This document shows positions 26,679 to 36,435 of a stretch of 61,175 nucleotides of DNA, one piece after another. This DNA comes from Candidatus Limnocylindria bacterium (GTDB taxonomy: Bacteria > Chloroflexota > Limnocylindria > P2-11E), in NCBI GenBank assembly GCA_036564905.1, contig DATCOD010000064.1:1-61175 (forward strand), written 5' to 3'. The translations under genes and the position numbers were made by a program. Numbering within the stretch: position 1 is the stretch's first letter; each line of letters begins with the position of its first letter. The notes below the pieces were generated by a model. It had not been told where the DNA came from and made no database searches. It was given only the letters and a program-made list of their open reading frames with translations.

Positions 26679-27724
26679 ATCGGCTGGTGGCCCTCGCCCG
26701 ACCCCTCGAGCTGATGGGTCGATCCACACCGACCGCCGTGGGCCTCGCGATCTACGCCGATCATTCGGGTGAGCAGTTCGGCGCCCGCGAGAGCGGCGAA
26801 GAGGGCGTCGCGTGCGTGGATGACGCCGCGCGGGCGCTCGTCCTGTGGAGCGATCTGTGGGTCCGCACGCGGCTGCCTGTCGCGCGCGAGTGGGTCGACG
26901 GGTTGCTCGCGTTCTGCCGATCGATGCAGCAGGACGACGGGCGGTTCGTCAATTTCGTTCTCGACTGGAGCGGGGCACGCAACACCGACGGCGTCACCTC
27001 GCGCGCCGACGGCGCATCGTTCTGGCAGGCTCGAGGCGCCCGAGGCCTGGCGAAGGTCTGGCGCGTCTTCAGCGATCAACGCGCCCGCGCCGATTACCTG
27101 CGAGCGCGCGCGTCGTTCGACGACCGGCCGGTCGGCTCGGACGCGCGGGCGGTGCAGGTCCTCGCGGCGCTCGACGCGGGGGACTCGGCCGCGGACATCA
27201 GCCGGTGGTGCGACGACATCGCGTCGCAGCGGCGAGGCGATGTGCTGCTCGACGGGCACGACGCGACGGAGCCGCACCTCTGGGGGCACATTCAGGAGGG
27301 CGTGCTCGCGATCGCCGGGGTCACGCTCGGCCGGCCGGACCTGATCACGCTCGCGCGCCGCAGCGCCGATGCGTACCTCGTGCCGGTCATCGAGGCCGGC
27401 TTCGCCCTCCCGGTGGTGCAGCCCTACGGCGCGGCCTCAGCGGCGTACGCGATGGCGCGTCTGGCCGAGGTCACCGGTGAGGCGCGGTACGCGGCCGCGG
27501 CGCGCGATGCGCGAGCGTGGTTCGACGGCCGGAATCCCGCGGGCCGACCGGTCTACGACCGCGCGGCCGGACGGGTCGCGGACGGTGTGGACGGCGTGCA
27601 GTTGAACCCGCACTCCGGCGCCGAGTCGAACGTGGTCGGGGCACAGGCACTGTTCGACGACGTGGCGGCCTGGCTCGCGCGAAATCCCGACGCCTGCACG
27701 CCCCTCAGCGTGCCTCGATCCTGA
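26672..27724 (+). CDS. Hypothetical soluble protein, helix-rich, coupled to GH130
   Basis: The GTG at 26672 overlaps the GH130 end by 7 nt. Coding-like composition; no motif that I can assign. Confidence 0.6.
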   Translation: MLNRLVALARPLELMGRSTPTAVGLAIYADHSGEQFGARESGEEGVACVDDAARALVLWSDLWVRTRLPVAREWVDGLLAFCRSMQQDDGRFVNFVLDWSGARNTDGVTSRADGASFWQARGARGLAKVWRVFSDQRARADYLRARASFDDRPVGSDARAVQVLAALDAGDSAADISRWCDDIASQRRGDVLLDGHDATEPHLWGHIQEGVLAIAGVTLGRPDLITLARRSADAYLVPVIEAGFALPVVQPYGAASAAYAMARLAEVTGEARYAAAARDARAWFDGRNPAGRPVYDRAAGRVADGVDGVQLNPHSGAESNVVGAQALFDDVAAWLARNPDACTPLSVPRS

Positions 27725-28706
27725 CCGGCTGGGCCGCGTTGTTCGCGTACCCGAGCGCGTTGCGGACGTCCGTCAGACCCTGGGTGTCCCCTGTCCCGTC
27801 GGTCGCCCTGGCGAGGAGATCGAAGGTACCCCCGGCGGGGGTCCATTCGATCCGAAATTCGCGCCATGCCGCCGGAGCGACAGGCGCATCGAGCTCCGCC
27901 GTGCGCCAGGTCGCGCCACCGTCCGTCGAGACTTCGACTCGCGCGATCGGACCCTGCCCGGACCACGCGTAGCCCCTGATCACGCACGATGTCCCCGCGT
28001 CAACGGGCCTGAGCGGTCCGACGATGATCGCGCGGGGCTTCATCGCGCTGAGCGGCGTGTCGCCGATCACATACCGATCCGCTTGATAGAAGCCGCGGAA
28101 TGGCTGCTCCACCGCGACGACCGCCGCAAGCCACTTCACCGACGCCATGCCATACCAGTTCGGGACGATGAGCCGGACGGGCGCGCCGTGCTCCCGTGGG
28201 ATGTCGGCTCCGTTCATCGCGTACGCGACCAGCACGTCGTCCGCGAGTGCTCGCCCGAGCGGCAACGATCGCTCGAAGGCGATCCGCCGGCCGAGATCCG
28301 GCGGGCTGCCCGAATCCGAGCCGCGGAACAAGATCTCGACGACCGCTGATGAAAGCCCTCGGGGTTCGAGGAGCGAGCGGAGGGACACGCCGGTCCACTC
28401 GGCCGTGCCGACCGCGCCGAGCTGCCACTGCTCGCCCGGTGCCGGCGGCTGCAGGAACGAACGGCCGTTCCCGGCGCACTCGAGCGTGACGGCCGCCGTC
28501 CGCGCGGGAAGCGATCGCAGCTCCGCGAGCGAGATGGTCCGTTCGGTGCGCACCGCGCCGCCGATCGAGATCGCGCGCGACGGGTCGGGGAACGCGAAGT
28601 GGCTCCGGACGTAATGCCGGCGCGCCGGGGTGATCGGTCCGTCCTGCAGGTCGAGACGGGTCTCCGCGTTCAGCGGTTCGCGGGTCACGATCACGCGGTC
28701 GTTCAC
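27705..28706 (-). CDS. Sulfite-oxidase-family molybdopterin oxidoreductase (with dimerisation/Ig-like C-domain)
   Basis: GTG 28706 preceded by SD GGAGAG. 'TLECAGNGR' (Mo-ligand Cys), 'GAPVRLIVPNWYGMASVKWL', 'GYAWSG...VEVSTDGGATW'. Confidence 0.85.
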   Translation of the reverse strand: MNDRVIVTREPLNAETRLDLQDGPITPARRHYVRSHFAFPDPSRAISIGGAVRTERTISLAELRSLPARTAAVTLECAGNGRSFLQPPAPGEQWQLGAVGTAEWTGVSLRSLLEPRGLSSAVVEILFRGSDSGSPPDLGRRIAFERSLPLGRALADDVLVAYAMNGADIPREHGAPVRLIVPNWYGMASVKWLAAVVAVEQPFRGFYQADRYVIGDTPLSAMKPRAIIVGPLRPVDAGTSCVIRGYAWSGQGPIARVEVSTDGGATWRTAELDAPVAPAAWREFRIEWTPAGGTFDLLARATDGTGDTQGLTDVRNALGYANNAAQPVRIEAR

Positions 28707-28731
28707 TGACGCTCTCCATACTGAGGCTGCA

Positions 28732-29775
28732 ATGCGCCGGCCGCTCATCGCCCTCGGCGTCATCGTCCTCCTGCTCGTCGCGGGCACCGCCGCGTACGTC
28801 CTTGGGATCGGCCCGCTCGCGTCCCGGACCGCGGCTCGGTCGGTGGTCTTCGTCGCGATCTCGCGGAGCGCCGACGAGGCCGACGCCCAGGAGATCGAAG
28901 CCATCGACCTGGCCGCGGGCACGCGCGATCTGTTCGATGCCGGCGGACGGATCACGGCGATGGCGGTGTCCCCGGACCGACGTTCGCTGTACGTCGCGCT
29001 GGACGGCGGCGCGGTCGTGCTCCTGGACGCGACGACCGGGTCGCCATTCGGCACGGTCGACCTCCATGGTCCGACGGTGGTCTCGCTCGTGCCGACCGCC
29101 GACGGGCGCACGCTGTTCGCGGTCGCGGTCACCAACGTCCAGAGCTCGGTGGTCCCCATCGACCTCGCGACCAAGAAGACCGCCGACCCTGTGACGTTCC
29201 CCATGACCGCGGGTGCCGCCGTCATCAGCGGCGACGCGCTCATTCTCCCGCTCGCCGATCCGCAGCGGCTGCAGGTCGCGTTCATCGACGTCAACACCCA
29301 CGCCGTGACGTCGCGCCTCACCTTGCCCGGGGGTTCGTCCATAGCGCCCACGGCATTTCGGATCAGCGGCGCGCGCACCGGGATCGTGGCGTTCGACCTC
29401 CCGTTCGCCCGCGGTGGCCCCGGCCTGCGGGTGTACGTGATCACCGACCCGCTGCACTGGAGCGACGTCGCGCTCTCGGCGCCGTTCCCGCAGGGGCGCG
29501 GCCGCCAGCCGATCGGGATCGGCCTTCAGGCGACCGCGTCCGTCGACGGGACGATCCACGTCTGCACGACCGCCGGGGCGGCGGCCCAGCGGTACGTCGT
29601 GAGCAGCGATCTGCGGAGCACGAGCGTCGGCATGACCTGCGGCCCGCTGGCGGGCGGCGATCGGATCCTCATGGCGACCCGCGATCCGGCCCAATTGCTG
29701 GTCCTGGACGGCAGAACGGGGAACACCGTCCGGACACTCCCTCTGGCGGGTGTCCCCGCCCGGCTCGCCCAGTAG
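28732..29775 (+). CDS. Membrane-anchored beta-propeller-repeat protein (YVTN-like)
   Basis: N-terminal TM 'LIALGVIVLLLVAGTAAYVL'. Repeated 'SPDRRSLYVA', 'TADGRTLFAV' strands. Confidence 0.6.
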   Translation: MRRPLIALGVIVLLLVAGTAAYVLGIGPLASRTAARSVVFVAISRSADEADAQEIEAIDLAAGTRDLFDAGGRITAMAVSPDRRSLYVALDGGAVVLLDATTGSPFGTVDLHGPTVVSLVPTADGRTLFAVAVTNVQSSVVPIDLATKKTADPVTFPMTAGAAVISGDALILPLADPQRLQVAFIDVNTHAVTSRLTLPGGSSIAPTAFRISGARTGIVAFDLPFARGGPGLRVYVITDPLHWSDVALSAPFPQGRGRQPIGIGLQATASVDGTIHVCTTAGAAAQRYVVSSDLRSTSVGMTCGPLAGGDRILMATRDPAQLLVLDGRTGNTVRTLPLAGVPARLAQ

Positions 29776-29844
29776 GACATCCGTACTCCCTCGCGCGGAA
29801 GCGCAGGGCGCATCCTCGCACGTAGGGTCTTGGAGATGGCAGTG

Positions 29845-31380
29845 ATGACACCCCGGGCGAACGAGCTTTCAATCCTCATGCGCGCGGCAGAGACGCTGCT
29901 CAATGCCGCGACCGATGAGGGGAGCGTGCTCACGCAGGCGACGGAGCTGCTCGGCGAGCAGTTCGGCTATGCGATGCGCTATCTCCTATTGCACGATCCT
30001 GAGCGGGACGAGCTCTACGCGGCCGCCGCCGCGGGTGAGGGCAGCGACGACCCGAGCGTCCGCTCCTATCGCATGTCGACCGCTCGCGGACTGACGGGCG
30101 CCGCGGCCCGTGCCCGGACCCTCGTCAATGTCGGCGACGTGTCCACCGATCCCCGGTACATCAACGTCGCTCCGTCGTGCCGGTCCGAGATGTGCGTGCC
30201 GCTCATCGCCCGCGGCGACCTGCTCGGCGTCCTGACGGTGCAGAGCCCGAAGACCGACGCGTTCTCCCTGCAGGATGAGCGGCTGCTCTCCGCGTTCGCG
30301 GGACTCGTGTCGCTCGCCCTCATGCACGCCCGCGAACACATGTCCCGCCGCCGCGACATCGCCGAGCTCCAGGCGGTGAATGAGGTCGCCCGCCATGCCG
30401 CGCAGCTCGACCGCGATGGCACGCTCCGGACGATCGTCGACGCGTTCCAGCGCGTGACGACCGCGGACTCGACGGCCGTGTTCCTCTGGGACGAGGAGAG
30501 CGAGTGGCTCGAGGTCGCGACGATGGTCTTCGACGCGCAGTACTACCCGGCCGAATACGAGACGACCGTCCGCGATCGGAAGGTGAAGCTCGGCGAGGGG
30601 CTCGTCGGGTGGACGGCCGAGCATCGCGAGCCCGCGCTCATCTCCGATGCCGCCTCCGACCCGCGCGTGCTCAAGGTCTCCGGCGTGCCCCTCGAGCTCA
30701 ATTCCGCGATCGTCGTGCCGCTGGTCGCCGACCAGCACCTGCTCGGGGTCATCCGCGCCGTGAAGATGGGCGTGAGCGCGTTCACGGCGGAGCACTACCG
30801 CTTCGCCCAGACGCTCGCGAGCCAGGCGTCGCTCGCGATCTCCGCCGCGGCGGCGCACGAGGCCGTCCGCCGGCTGTCGGTGACCGACGACCTCACGAAG
30901 GTCTACAACGGCCGGCACTTCCGCGCGCGGCTCCATGAGGAGTTGGAGCGCGCGAAACGCGGTGGCCGGCCGCTCTCGCTGCTCGTCATCGACAGCGACT
31001 CGCTCAAGGACGTGAATGACCGCTTCGGCCACGAGGCCGGGAACCGCCACCTGGTCGCGATCGCCCAGTCGGTGCAGACGCACGTGCGAACGAGCGACGT
31101 CGTCGCGCGCTTTGGCGGAGACGAGTTCCTCGTCCTGCAGCCGGACGCCACGCCGGAGGCCGCGGCCCTGGTCGCCGAGCGCATCCGCGTCGCCGTCGCC
31201 GCCGCGCGGGTCGTGACCTCCGACGGCGGACACGTGTCCGGCACCGTCTCCATCGGCGTCGCCGGCTACCCGCGCTCCGCGTCCGACGAGGACTCCCTGT
31301 TCCGCAGCGCCGACGCCGCGTTGTACGACGCGAAGCGCCACGGCAAGGACCGCGTGTTCATCGCCCCCGCGTCGCCCTAG
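29845..31380 (+). CDS. GAF-GAF-GGDEF diguanylate cyclase
   Basis: Two GAF-like modules. 'DDLTKVYNGRHF', 'DSLKDVNDRFGHEAGN', 'RFGGDEFLVL' with I-site 'RTSD' 5 residues upstream. Start could be ATG 29845, ATG 29836 or TTG 29830. Confidence 0.88.
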   Translation: MTPRANELSILMRAAETLLNAATDEGSVLTQATELLGEQFGYAMRYLLLHDPERDELYAAAAAGEGSDDPSVRSYRMSTARGLTGAAARARTLVNVGDVSTDPRYINVAPSCRSEMCVPLIARGDLLGVLTVQSPKTDAFSLQDERLLSAFAGLVSLALMHAREHMSRRRDIAELQAVNEVARHAAQLDRDGTLRTIVDAFQRVTTADSTAVFLWDEESEWLEVATMVFDAQYYPAEYETTVRDRKVKLGEGLVGWTAEHREPALISDAASDPRVLKVSGVPLELNSAIVVPLVADQHLLGVIRAVKMGVSAFTAEHYRFAQTLASQASLAISAAAAHEAVRRLSVTDDLTKVYNGRHFRARLHEELERAKRGGRPLSLLVIDSDSLKDVNDRFGHEAGNRHLVAIAQSVQTHVRTSDVVARFGGDEFLVLQPDATPEAAALVAERIRVAVAAARVVTSDGGHVSGTVSIGVAGYPRSASDEDSLFRSADAALYDAKRHGKDRVFIAPASP

Positions 31381-31822
31381 CGACGAACAGGGCCGCCTCC
31401 GCGCCACGCTCGACCGTCACGTCCGCGAAGTAGCGGCGGAGGCGTTCGGCGCCGTTCTCCGGATCGAGCCGGTCCAGGTCGGGCTTCCGCCGCGCCCGCG
31501 TGAGGACGACGAGCGAACCCTGAGCGCGGAGCACGCGGGCGCACTCACCGAGCACGGTGTCGATGTCTCCGGCGGCGTTCAGCATCCTGTTGGCGAAGAC
31601 GGTGTCGAAGGTCCCGTCGCCGAACGGGAGGCGATGCGCGTCGGCCTGCACCACCTTCGCCGAGCGGGTGCGCGCGACGCGCAGCCGCACCGGGTCGAGA
31701 TCGACACCGACACCGTGACGTGGCAGGAACCGACCCTCGCCGCAGCCGAGATCGAGCGTCCGGCCCCGGGCCAGCTCCGCGAGGCGTGGCGCCACCCATT
31801 CGACGGGGTCCATGCGCGACAC
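31358..31822 (-). CDS. Class I SAM-dependent methyltransferase
   Basis: Motif I 'LDLGCGEG', 'FDTVFANRMLN', 'LRAQGSLVVL'. Confidence 0.8.
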   Translation of the reverse strand: MSRMDPVEWVAPRLAELARGRTLDLGCGEGRFLPRHGVGVDLDPVRLRVARTRSAKVVQADAHRLPFGDGTFDTVFANRMLNAAGDIDTVLGECARVLRAQGSLVVLTRARRKPDLDRLDPENGAERLRRYFADVTVERGAEAALFVARATRGR

Positions 31823-31901
31823 CCTACGTCCCGTTCTTCACGCACGCCCGGGCGGCGGCCAGGCCGCGCGCGGTGGCACGGACCATGCGTCAGGGGATGC
31901 C

Positions 31902-32087
31902 ATGAACGACAAGCCAAGGACCGAGAACTTCGGCAGACCGGATCTGGAAGCGGAGCGCGCGGTAGAACAGGCGGAGGGGATCGTCGCCCCGAAGGGCGAG
32001 GTCGAGGACAGCGATCGGCCCGAACCGAACGTTCCGCACCCCGAGGACCTGAGCATGATGGACAGCGCGAAGACGAGAGGCCGCTAG
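31902..32087 (+). CDS. Small acidic hypothetical protein (61 aa)
   Basis: ATG with a weak SD, and mostly G/C third positions. No family recognised. Confidence 0.35.
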   Translation: MNDKPRTENFGRPDLEAERAVEQAEGIVAPKGEVEDSDRPEPNVPHPEDLSMMDSAKTRGR

Positions 32088-32106
32088 CCCTTTCTAGACT
32101 CGCCGG

Positions 32107-33174
32107 GTGGATGCGCCGGCTCAGGTGGGCCCGAACGTGCCGTTCCCGCCGATGGAGGCCGAGCTGGTCGATGGTCTGCCCACCGGTGATCGCTGGCGAT
32201 ACGAGCCGAAGTGGGATGGATTCCGTGGGGTCTTCGAGAACGATGGCGCCGAGCTTGCCCTCTGGAGCCGGAACGGGCGGCCGCTCCTTCGGTACTTCCC
32301 CGAGCTGCGCGCGGTCGGCCTGCGTCTGCCGCCGCACTCCGCGTTGGACGGCGAGATCGTGATCGAGCGCGACGGCGTACTGGACTTCGATGCGATGCAG
32401 CTCCGGCTGCATCCGGCCGAGTCGCGTATCCGCAAGCTGTCGGTCGAAACGCCCGCGACGTTCGTCGCGTTCGACATCCTGCTGTGGGACGGCGAAGCGA
32501 TCCACGGCCGGCCACTCTCGGAGCGCCGGATCGAGCTCGAGAAGCGCGCGACCGAGTTCACGCTGTCTCCGCAGACCGCGGATCGCGCGCAGGCCGAGCG
32601 CTGGCTCGAGCGGCTCGAGCTGATCGGACTCGACGGCGTCGTCGCCAAGCGTGCGGACCTTCCGTACAAGCCGGGCTCGCGCGAGGCGGTCGTGAAGGTG
32701 AAGCGCCACAAGACCTGTGACTGCGTGATCGTCGGCTACCGGAAGAACGGATCACGCGTCGCGAGTCTTCTCCTCGGTCTGTACGGGGAGGATGGAGCGC
32801 TCGACTTCGTGGGCCACACGTCGGGCATCTCCGGCGTTCTCCAAAGGGATCTCCAGAAACGGCTGCCGCCGCTCGTCGAGGCCGGCCATCTCGGCCAGGG
32901 CCGGATGCCCGGCGGAGAGAGCCGCTGGTCGCAGGGGAAGGACCTCGAGTGGGTCGAGGTGCGGCCGGAGATCGTGTGCGAAGTGCGCTACGACAAGATG
33001 GAGACCGATCGCTTCCGTCACGGCACCCGGTTCCTGCGGTTCCGCCCCGACAAGGATCCCCGGCAGTGCACGTGGGAGCAGGTGCGACCCGACCGCCGGA
33101 ACGGCGACCTCACGATCTCCGGTCTCCTCCAGCCCCAGCGCTCACTTCCTCGCTCGAGCGAGGAGCGCCCATAG
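32107..33174 (+). CDS. ligC: ATP-dependent DNA ligase, LigC-like (adenylation + OB domains)
   Basis: GTG start. 'PPMEAELV...RWRYEPKWDGFR' (motif I KxDG), 'DGEIV', 'FVAFDIL', 'LDGVVAKR', 'VKVKR'. Confidence 0.88.
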   Translation: MDAPAQVGPNVPFPPMEAELVDGLPTGDRWRYEPKWDGFRGVFENDGAELALWSRNGRPLLRYFPELRAVGLRLPPHSALDGEIVIERDGVLDFDAMQLRLHPAESRIRKLSVETPATFVAFDILLWDGEAIHGRPLSERRIELEKRATEFTLSPQTADRAQAERWLERLELIGLDGVVAKRADLPYKPGSREAVVKVKRHKTCDCVIVGYRKNGSRVASLLLGLYGEDGALDFVGHTSGISGVLQRDLQKRLPPLVEAGHLGQGRMPGGESRWSQGKDLEWVEVRPEIVCEVRYDKMETDRFRHGTRFLRFRPDKDPRQCTWEQVRPDRRNGDLTISGLLQPQRSLPRSSEERP

Positions 33175-33196
33175 ACAGGGGGTACGCTTCGCCAGG

Positions 33197-33556
33197 GTGG
33201 CTGTACGCAACGTGAATGTCCTTGTGGTGGACGATCAAGAAGCGATCCGTGACACATTGCAGACCGCCCTCGACGACGAGGGCTTCACGGTCGAATGCGC
33301 CGCGAACGGCCAGGAAGCGCTCGACATCCTCCAGCGCTGGAAGCCCTGCGTGATCCTGCTCGATCTGATGATGCCGGTGATGGATGGCTGGGCCTTCCGC
33401 GCCGAACAGCAGCGCACCGGGAACACCGTGCCGATCGTGCTGCTGTCAGCCGCGGGCGAGCTGGGAGCCCACCGAGAGGCGCTGGACGCGGCGATGTTCA
33501 TCGCGAAGCCGTTCGACATCGACCACGTGATCAGCGCGATCGAGCGGATCTGCTAG
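33197..33556 (+). CDS. Stand-alone receiver (CheY-like) domain
   Basis: 'VLVVDDQEAIRD...VILLDLMMPVMDG...IAKPFDIDHV'. Start is GTG 33197 or 33212. Confidence 0.8.
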   Translation: MAVRNVNVLVVDDQEAIRDTLQTALDDEGFTVECAANGQEALDILQRWKPCVILLDLMMPVMDGWAFRAEQQRTGNTVPIVLLSAAGELGAHREALDAAMFIAKPFDIDHVISAIERIC

Positions 33557-34473
33557 GTCTTCGCGGGCTTGAGCTTCAGCCGCTCGAACAACGGCACCAG
33601 GCTCGCGGGTGAGGCCCACATCCCGGCCATGAGATCGCCGACCTTCCCGATCCGGGCCGCCATCGTCTCCAGCGTGAAGTCGGCGGCCTCGACCTCGGCG
33701 ACCTCGTCCCAGCGCAACGGCGCGGAGGCGCGGGCGTCCCGGGTCGGGCGGATCGAATAGGCGCTGGCGATCGTCCGATCGCGCGCGTTCTGGCCGAAGT
33801 CGACGAATACCCCGGTGCGATCCGCCACCTTCCAGGTCGTCGTCGCGATGTCCGGCACGCGCCGCTCGACCTCCTGCGCGAAGGCTTTCGCGAACCGGCG
33901 GACCTCCGGGAACGGAAGCTCGGGGACGATCGGCGCGAGGATGTGGATGCCGGTCGAGCCCGATGTCTTCGGCCAGCTCAACAGACCGAGCTCGTCCATG
34001 ACGTCCTTCACGACGAGCGCGATCGTTCGGACGTTGGCCCACGGATCGCCGCCGCGCGGGTCGAGATCGATGAGCAGGTAGTCGGGTCTCTCGACGTCCG
34101 AAGTGCGCGATGACCACGTGTGCAGGTCGATGCAGCCAAGGTTCGCGATCCAGGCGAGCGCGGCCGCGTCGTTCGCCACCGGGAAGTCAGCGGTCCGGCC
34201 GCTCGGGAACGCGATCGGGTAGGTCTCGAGCCAGTCCGGGTGCGGCACCGGGACCCGCTTCTGGTAGAAGAACTGGCCGTCGACCCCGTTGGGATAGCGG
34301 AGCATCTGCATGACCCGGTGGCGCACGTGGGGGAGCAGCGCCGGGGCGACGGACACGTAGTAGTCCACGAGGTCGCCCTTCGTGAGGCCACGTTCCGGAA
34401 AGAACACCTTGTCCCGGTTCGTGACCATCACGTCCCGCCCGGCCACTTGCACGTATGCAGGATGACGCATCAT
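33553..34473 (-). CDS. Stand-alone LigD-type NHEJ primase-polymerase domain
   Basis: ATG 34473. 'KVFFPERGLTKGDLVDYY', 'YLLIDLDP', 'KTSGSTGIHI', 'VFVDFGQNARDRT...YSIRP'. Confidence 0.88.
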   Translation of the reverse strand: MMRHPAYVQVAGRDVMVTNRDKVFFPERGLTKGDLVDYYVSVAPALLPHVRHRVMQMLRYPNGVDGQFFYQKRVPVPHPDWLETYPIAFPSGRTADFPVANDAAALAWIANLGCIDLHTWSSRTSDVERPDYLLIDLDPRGGDPWANVRTIALVVKDVMDELGLLSWPKTSGSTGIHILAPIVPELPFPEVRRFAKAFAQEVERRVPDIATTTWKVADRTGVFVDFGQNARDRTIASAYSIRPTRDARASAPLRWDEVAEVEAADFTLETMAARIGKVGDLMAGMWASPASLVPLFERLKLKPAKT

Positions 34474-34500
34474 GCGGACGCACGGCGCGGGAGGGCACAG

Positions 34501-35349
34501 GTGATCAGACGCTTCGTCAACCGGAACCTGCTCGACAAGTGGGACTGGGGCGTCGGGATCGCCGACTTCTACACGGCCGTCTCCCGGACCGTCATCCGGC
34601 CGAAATGGCTGCGCAGCTTCTTCCACGGCACCTGGCTGGGACACCCGCTGCACCCGCTCCTGACCGACGTGCCGATCGGCGCGCTCACCGTGGCGCTCGT
34701 CCTCGATCTCCTCGGCATCTACGACGGCGCGAATTGGGCGACGCTCATCGGATTCGGCGGTCTGATCGCCGCCGCCATCGCGGGGTACGTGGACCTGGAC
34801 GAGACCGACGGCAAGGCCCGCCAGTACGGCGGCGTCCACGCCTCGCTGATGCTCGTCGCGCTGGTGTTCTACCTGTTCTCGCTGGTCGTCCGGTTCGGGT
34901 ACGCGCCCGGCACGCCCGGCGAGGCGACCATCGCCGCCGCCGCCGGCTACCTGTTCATCGTCATCGGCGCGTACATCGGCGCCGACCTCGTGTTCGCATT
35001 CGGCAACATGGTCGACCGGCACGCCTGGCGACAGGGCGGCACGAAATGGGCGGCGCTCGACGTGACCGAGCTCCCGGAGCGTCAGCCGACGAAGGCGAAG
35101 GCCGGCGCGCAGACCCTCGTGCTCGTGCGCGTCGGCGAGACGATCCAGGCGCTGCACGACACCTGCGCGCATGCCGGCTGCTCGCTCTCGGAGGGCACGG
35201 TCGTCGGCGACACCATCCGCTGCGGGTGCCACGGCTCGCGATTCAAGCTCGCCGACGGCAGCGTCGTCGTGGGCCCCGCGACCTACGACCAGCCGTCGTA
35301 TGAGGTGCGCCGCGCCGACGGGAAGCTGGAGGCTCGCCGGGTCCGCTAG
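34501..35349 (+). CDS. DUF2231 membrane domain fused to a Rieske [2Fe-2S] domain
   Basis: GTG after SD GGGAGG. 'GHPLHPLLTDVPIG' followed by TM helices. Rieske 'CAHAGCSL...CGCHGSRF'. Confidence 0.8.
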   Translation: MIRRFVNRNLLDKWDWGVGIADFYTAVSRTVIRPKWLRSFFHGTWLGHPLHPLLTDVPIGALTVALVLDLLGIYDGANWATLIGFGGLIAAAIAGYVDLDETDGKARQYGGVHASLMLVALVFYLFSLVVRFGYAPGTPGEATIAAAAGYLFIVIGAYIGADLVFAFGNMVDRHAWRQGGTKWAALDVTELPERQPTKAKAGAQTLVLVRVGETIQALHDTCAHAGCSLSEGTVVGDTIRCGCHGSRFKLADGSVVVGPATYDQPSYEVRRADGKLEARRVR

Positions 35350-35416
35350 GTCACGGCTGGGACGGGTCGACGCGGATGACGCGGTCGTTCGGCGTCCCCC
35401 TCGCTAGGCTCCGTCC

Positions 35417-36238
35417 ATGGGACTTGTGTTCGGCTGCATCGCCCCACACGGCGGCATGGCGATCGCCGAGGCTTGCGCGCCCGCCGAGCGGGATCTGGCC
35501 ACGGTCACTCGGCGCGGCATGGAGGAGCTCGGCCGCCGATTCGATCGCGCCAGGCCCGAGGTCGCGATCGTCCTCACCCCCCACAACGTCCATGTCGACG
35601 GCGCGCTGGCCGTGATCACGTCGGGCACCGTCTCAGGCGCGCTGGACGGGCATCCGAACGTCGCGTTGCGGATCGCGGTGGATCGTCCGCTCGCGCTCGC
35701 CATCCGCGATGCGATCGCTGGTGCCGGGATCCCGGTCGCGGGCGTGAGCTACGGGGCGAACGACGCGGCGGCGGCGAGCTTCCCGATGGATTGGGCCGTG
35801 CTCGTGCCGCTCTGGTTCATGGGCGGTCGTTCGGACCCGCCTGTGCGAACGGTCGTGGTCGCTCCCGCGCGCGATCTCCCGTACGAGCGCCACGTCGCGG
35901 CCGGACGGGCGATCGCGAAGGCCATCGCCGCGTCGGGCCAGCGTGTCGCGCTCATCGCGAGCTGCGATCACGGGCACGGTCACGACGCGAAGGGCCCGTA
36001 CGGGTTCACGCCGAAGTCGCGCGAGTTCGACGAGCAGGTCGTCGCGCTCATACAGAAGGACGACCTCGCCGGCCTCCTGCGGATGGATCCGAAGCTGCCG
36101 GTCGAAGCCAAAGCGGATTCGTACTGGCAGATGCTCATGCTCCATGGCGCGCTCGACACGACGTGGACGGGCGAGTTCCTCAGCTACGAAGCGCCGACGT
36201 ACTTCGGGATGCTCTGCGCCGCATACCGCCCGCGTTAG
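35417..36238 (+). CDS. Class III extradiol dioxygenase (LigB/MEMO-like) family protein
   Basis: 'GCIAPHGG', 'IVLTPHN', 'LIASCDHGHGH', 'YFGMLCAAY' fit the LigB-superfamily fold. Confidence 0.6.
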   Translation: MGLVFGCIAPHGGMAIAEACAPAERDLATVTRRGMEELGRRFDRARPEVAIVLTPHNVHVDGALAVITSGTVSGALDGHPNVALRIAVDRPLALAIRDAIAGAGIPVAGVSYGANDAAAASFPMDWAVLVPLWFMGGRSDPPVRTVVVAPARDLPYERHVAAGRAIAKAIAASGQRVALIASCDHGHGHDAKGPYGFTPKSREFDEQVVALIQKDDLAGLLRMDPKLPVEAKADSYWQMLMLHGALDTTWTGEFLSYEAPTYFGMLCAAYRPR

Positions 36239-36337
36239 GCGCGCCCCCCGTTCGGCGGGATCGGCCTACCTGAGCCCTCCCTGACCGTGGAGCGCACGGG
36301 AGTGGCCGCGGCGCGCCGCTTGCTCATCTGTGGGCAG

Positions 36338-36384
36338 GACGAAGACCACCGGGACGAACACCACCGGGGACGAACACCACCGGG
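36338..36384. repeat. Tandem repeat GACGAA(G/C)ACCACCGGG x3 (periods 15 and 16)
   Basis: Read directly at 36338-36353, 36353-36368 and 36369-36384, upstream of the GT2 GTG. Confidence 0.85.
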
Positions 36385-36435
36385 AAGGACACGGTCATCA
36401 GCCAACTGCTCATCGCGCTTGCGACCACCGGCGCC

